Shown here one piece after another: positions 60,359-64,000 of a DNA stretch of 64,000 bases. Where the stretch lies: positions 6,657 to 70,656 of IMG/VR virus record IMGVR_UViG_3300037468_000262; one strand, given 5' to 3'. How positions within the stretch are numbered: the first letter of the stretch is position 1; each line of letters opens with the position of its first letter. Made by a program: the position numbers and the translations under genes. Under the pieces are notes generated by a model. The model searched no databases and was not told where the DNA came from. It saw nothing but the letters and a program-made list of their open reading frames with translations. Source of the stretch: a virus.

Positions 60359-63300
60359 ATGGCAACTTTTTCATTCGGCACCGGAATAGTCCCTGGTGCC
60401 CCAGGTACATATATCAACGAACGTGTTGGTAACGTAGCTTCAGCAGGAATAGCCCCCTTTAACACTACCTATTTGTTGGTGGAAACAGAGGAAAACGTTC
60501 CAACCACACGCTTCCCGTTCAACAAACCGGTCCCGGTGTCTTCTCTATCCGACTACAAAATTCTCGTAGGAAGAGTACCAGAAACCCGTATTCCTTTGCT
60601 AAGCTACAATTGCATTAATGCTTTCTTCTCTAATGCGCAAGTTGGTGACCTCCGGGTTGTAAGAGTTGGTACTCCGAACCAGATCGCAGAAATTGAGATT
60701 CTGCCATCCGGGTCGAAAATTAGCAACTCGGGTCTCCCATCCTCTTTACAAGCCGGAGACGTAGTTTATGCCCAACTTGTACTCAATGGCTTGAAACTCG
60801 TGGCCGGAGACGGTTCCACCGGTTACACTTCCGAGGGAGAGTGGTTAGGAGTACCTGCAGTTATCCCTGTTGATTACGTCTCTGGGGACGAAGTGAACAA
60901 CCGGAAAATTTCCGCTGCCATCTCAAGCGCAATTGCCGCCGCCATCGAAAGCAATCCCAGTGTCCGTAGTGCAATTTACGTTCGCGACTCGGGTCTTGTT
61001 AACGACTTACTTCCTTCTTCTAACTCTGAAAACGGCTACATTACAATCGCAGCCTCTACTTATGATGGAAACGTATCCGTAGTGACGGAGCAGCTTCCTG
61101 TAGGAGCTGAGTATGTTTTAATGCAAAATACTTACGAAGTTCAGAACATCGTAGGTCTCCAGAATAACTTGGAAAGAGTCCCTCAGGATTATATTCAGTG
61201 CATCAACACAGCTTTCGACGGTCAAGTGAACCAAGGGTACCTTGCGACCCCGACTGCTTACGCCCAGTTTGATGCCGAAGGTCGCGCAGCAGTTGGCGCC
61301 GCAGCAGCTTCGCATTGCCAAGACAATAATTTCAAGTGGATGGCAGTTGCTGATCCGGGTCCTTTCCTTGTATCTGACATTAACAAGTACAAAGAGTACA
61401 CCCCCCACCAACCAGCTGATGACTTGGTGACCGACAATTTGTATCTTGTTGATAATGCTATCTACAAGTGGGCGGGAAATGACGTTACTTATGATCGTCT
61501 AAAGTATCAAACTCTTGTTTCCGGCTACGATCCTAGAGTCGCCATTGAGTCTTCGGTAGAAGGTGTAGCCGAAGACGAAAAAGTCGGTCTTCTAGACCTT
61601 GCAAAATACATTGTAACTTCAACTTCGCCCCTAGCACAACGAGGTGTTTTCTTACTAGATTCGAACACAACTTGGCCCGTAGACCTCCAGATTCAACAAG
61701 TAACCCTGAGCAGTCTTGGTGCTGACTTCTTACCCCTTCTCCCAGTTGGAGAAACCTCTGTTGAAGTGTACTTCGTTGCACCACCTTTCAACAGTGCATT
61801 GTACGGACCTTACCCTTCGGACGGTTCTGACCAGTTTGTTTACATTGCTCAAACCGCTGCCGAAGCTGTTTCGATTCTAACCGAAGTTACTGCTCTCGGT
61901 GGTACTGCTCTGGCTCTAACTGCAGCTCTTACTCCTACTGGTGCATTTAGCGACGCAAGCCCTACCACAAGTACAGCCGCAGCAACTTACACAACCCCTC
62001 AGTGGAATTTGCCTGTAACAATTGAGGGTCAAACTTCTAACTTGATTCGCAATCTAACTGGTGATTCAACTTTCGTAAACACTCTTCACCTCCCCGGAAG
62101 TCTACAAGAGCCTACAGAAGAATACCGACTTGCTTTCGTGAGTCGATCTCTGTTTAACCCTTCTATTGTGCTATCCAGTAGTACCGAATCTGGGTATACC
62201 GGCGCTGCTTCTTTTGGGGTAAGCTCTCACAAATTGGTTAACGGTCAGAAACTGTACTTCACCAAGCCTATACTAGCCAACTCTACGACACTATTTAAAG
62301 CGACGGTTAAGAACAATTTTCAAGAATACTACGTTAAAGTCATTGATAACGATAACTTCGTACTTGCTACTTCTAGCTCAAACTATCTTTCAGGTTCTTA
62401 CGTCCCTTACCCTACAGGGATGGTAAGTATCTCAACAAGTCCTACAATCCTTTACTCCTCAGTTAGGGGTGGCGGATTAGCCTCTGTAAACTTGTCAGAA
62501 CTAAGTATTGTTCCACTCATTCGGGGTAGGAAATACGGTTTAGCTTCGGGCACAATTTGGGATCGTGCTTACGATCATAACTTGCTCACTTCTAATGACG
62601 ACCCAACTGTTTCCCTATACCTAAATACTAGCTCTTTGGTATTGGGGTCAGAGCGTATTTTCCCTTACGGTGAAACTAACAACGCTGGTTGGCTTCCTTC
62701 ACTCGAGTTGGTAACCCCTGGATCAACCTCAACATCTGTTGATAACTTCCTTTGCACACCAACTGTTGATCAGAGTTTCTCATCTGAAGCCTACCTGGTT
62801 CCTGTCATTGACCCGATCTTCGGAGGAAACTTTGAAGCAGGTACAACGGCTGTTCTAGGCATTCTGGATTCCATAACTCCTTATGCAACAGCTTGCGGGC
62901 TTGAGGTAGGAGACACAGGAGTCACAATACAAAGTTTCCTTTCCACGCTAAGTGGAGTTTTCTTCACTGTAACTTCGGCACCAGCGAACTCTGTCGCTCC
63001 TGATGGAACAACTGGAGTTGTTGTCGGCGACCGTATTGCCGTTGTTTTCAACGGTTCGTCTTATGTATGGGTTGTTGTACCAGCGGATTCTTTAGGGGGG
63101 GACATGAGCACAGTCTCAACTATCTGCTACGGTTCTCAAGTCGAATTTGCTCTAACACCTGAGCAAACTCCAGCTGCCAATCTTTGGAGATTCGACGCTG
63201 TAACTGCAACCGAAATCATCGATGAAGCACTTCGTGGTGTTGGGTTCGCGGGTGAACCCCAAGCTGTATTCGTCGAAGCCGGTGTTGACAATGTGAATCG

Positions 63301-64000
63301 ACTTTATGAAGATAGCCAGCGCTACTTTAACGCTTTCGGTTTCATCGCGTTCTACGGCCCCTACGTGGAAAATTCCGCGGGACAATTTATTCCTCCAACC
63401 CCGTATGTAACCGGTGTTGCGACTCGCCGTTACCGTTCCGAAGGGTTCCAATTCCCTCCTGCTGGAACTAAATACCAGCTTTCGGATGCCGCTGGAGTTC
63501 AAATCGCTGTGAACTCTGCCCAACAAAACCTACTCAATCCCGACGGTTGCAACGTACTTCGTTCATTGCCGGGCTATCCGGACACTGCGGTATTCATCTG
63601 GGGTGGACGTACCAGAATCAACAAAGCTGTTGCTGACCAACGTAAGTTCCAATTTGTGAACACCCGAGTTATTCAGAATGTTGTATACGGTTCTCTTCGC
63701 AATGCCTTCGACAACCAAATTTTCTCAGTTGTAGATGGCTTTGGAATCGTGTTCAACCAGATCGTTTCGATCGGTAATAGCGTTCTCAGCCAACTATACT
63801 TGGCCGGTGCGTTATTCGGCGCCCGTCCTTCTGATGCTTTCCAAGTGATTTGCGACGAAAGAATCAACAGCGGGGAAAACCTTGAAAATGGTGTTGTATT
63901 TGTCAAAGTTTTCGACACCCCGGTCCCAACTCTTGAGAGAATCGAAGTTGATCTAATCCGAGTTTCTGTTGGACAAATGAACAGGGAACTAGAATCACAA
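60359..64000 (+). CDS. Tail sheath protein, partial (>1214 aa; no stop in window)
   Basis: SD AGGAGG; N-terminal PGTYINE; C-terminal YGP, PP...V.G, PPAG, LNP.G.N.LR, IWG.RT, F.V.CDE.IN and P...LERI are in the same frame. Confidence 0.9.
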   Translation, partial: MATFSFGTGIVPGAPGTYINERVGNVASAGIAPFNTTYLLVETEENVPTTRFPFNKPVPVSSLSDYKILVGRVPETRIPLLSYNCINAFFSNAQVGDLRVVRVGTPNQIAEIEILPSGSKISNSGLPSSLQAGDVVYAQLVLNGLKLVAGDGSTGYTSEGEWLGVPAVIPVDYVSGDEVNNRKISAAISSAIAAAIESNPSVRSAIYVRDSGLVNDLLPSSNSENGYITIAASTYDGNVSVVTEQLPVGAEYVLMQNTYEVQNIVGLQNNLERVPQDYIQCINTAFDGQVNQGYLATPTAYAQFDAEGRAAVGAAAASHCQDNNFKWMAVADPGPFLVSDINKYKEYTPHQPADDLVTDNLYLVDNAIYKWAGNDVTYDRLKYQTLVSGYDPRVAIESSVEGVAEDEKVGLLDLAKYIVTSTSPLAQRGVFLLDSNTTWPVDLQIQQVTLSSLGADFLPLLPVGETSVEVYFVAPPFNSALYGPYPSDGSDQFVYIAQTAAEAVSILTEVTALGGTALALTAALTPTGAFSDASPTTSTAAATYTTPQWNLPVTIEGQTSNLIRNLTGDSTFVNTLHLPGSLQEPTEEYRLAFVSRSLFNPSIVLSSSTESGYTGAASFGVSSHKLVNGQKLYFTKPILANSTTLFKATVKNNFQEYYVKVIDNDNFVLATSSSNYLSGSYVPYPTGMVSISTSPTILYSSVRGGGLASVNLSELSIVPLIRGRKYGLASGTIWDRAYDHNLLTSNDDPTVSLYLNTSSLVLGSERIFPYGETNNAGWLPSLELVTPGSTSTSVDNFLCTPTVDQSFSSEAYLVPVIDPIFGGNFEAGTTAVLGILDSITPYATACGLEVGDTGVTIQSFLSTLSGVFFTVTSAPANSVAPDGTTGVVVGDRIAVVFNGSSYVWVVVPADSLGGDMSTVSTICYGSQVEFALTPEQTPAANLWRFDAVTATEIIDEALRGVGFAGEPQAVFVEAGVDNVNRLYEDSQRYFNAFGFIAFYGPYVENSAGQFIPPTPYVTGVATRRYRSEGFQFPPAGTKYQLSDAAGVQIAVNSAQQNLLNPDGCNVLRSLPGYPDTAVFIWGGRTRINKAVADQRKFQFVNTRVIQNVVYGSLRNAFDNQIFSVVDGFGIVFNQIVSIGNSVLSQLYLAGALFGARPSDAFQVICDERINSGENLENGVVFVKVFDTPVPTLERIEVDLIRVSVGQMNRELESQ

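Noticed and set aside
89-63918. Most minus-strand and nested ORFs in the supplied track
   Set aside because: They are shadows of well-supported + strand genes with no motifs; only 28176..28592 has a real signature
1-64000. Stop-codon reassignment (alternative genetic code)
   Set aside because: Long conserved genes are intact in code 11, and TAA, TAG and TGA all terminate genes at sensible positions

Overview
This is a 64 kb piece of a large lytic dsDNA phage with a contractile tail, very probably a cyanophage. Evidence for a cyanobacterial host: DUF1517 and TIGR03792 cyanobacterial genes, a glutamine riboswitch, and a mitochondrial Pol gamma-like family A DNA polymerase as in S-TIM5 and A-HIS cyanophages. 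Genes are dense and almost all on the + strand. Layout: 1-20 kb early/accessory genes, 3 tRNAs and nucleotide/RNA-repair enzymes; 20-30 kb a putative DNA hypermodification cluster; 30-51 kb many small paralogous hypothetical genes; 51-58 kb topoisomerase II subunit A and DNA polymerase; 58-64 kb tail morphogenesis genes including a >1200-aa tail sheath that runs off the window. Main observations: (1) the modification cluster combines two TET/JBP-like dioxygenases, an ATP-grasp protein, a class II glutamine amidotransferase, two amidoligases, an amino acid:DNA transferase (aG/PT-PPlase), a P-loop kinase and an antisense LMW phosphatase. (2) About 15 copies of a ~70-bp triple-palindrome sigma70-type promoter cassette with covarying stems; ten place an ATG exactly 6 nt after the -10 box, implying leaderless mRNA and revealing unannotated small ORFs. 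(3) A tandem glnA-type glutamine riboswitch precedes an unannotated 39-aa peptide. (4) A probable programmed -1 frameshift lies in the tail assembly chaperone. All family calls come from motif recognition by eye; no database searches were run.
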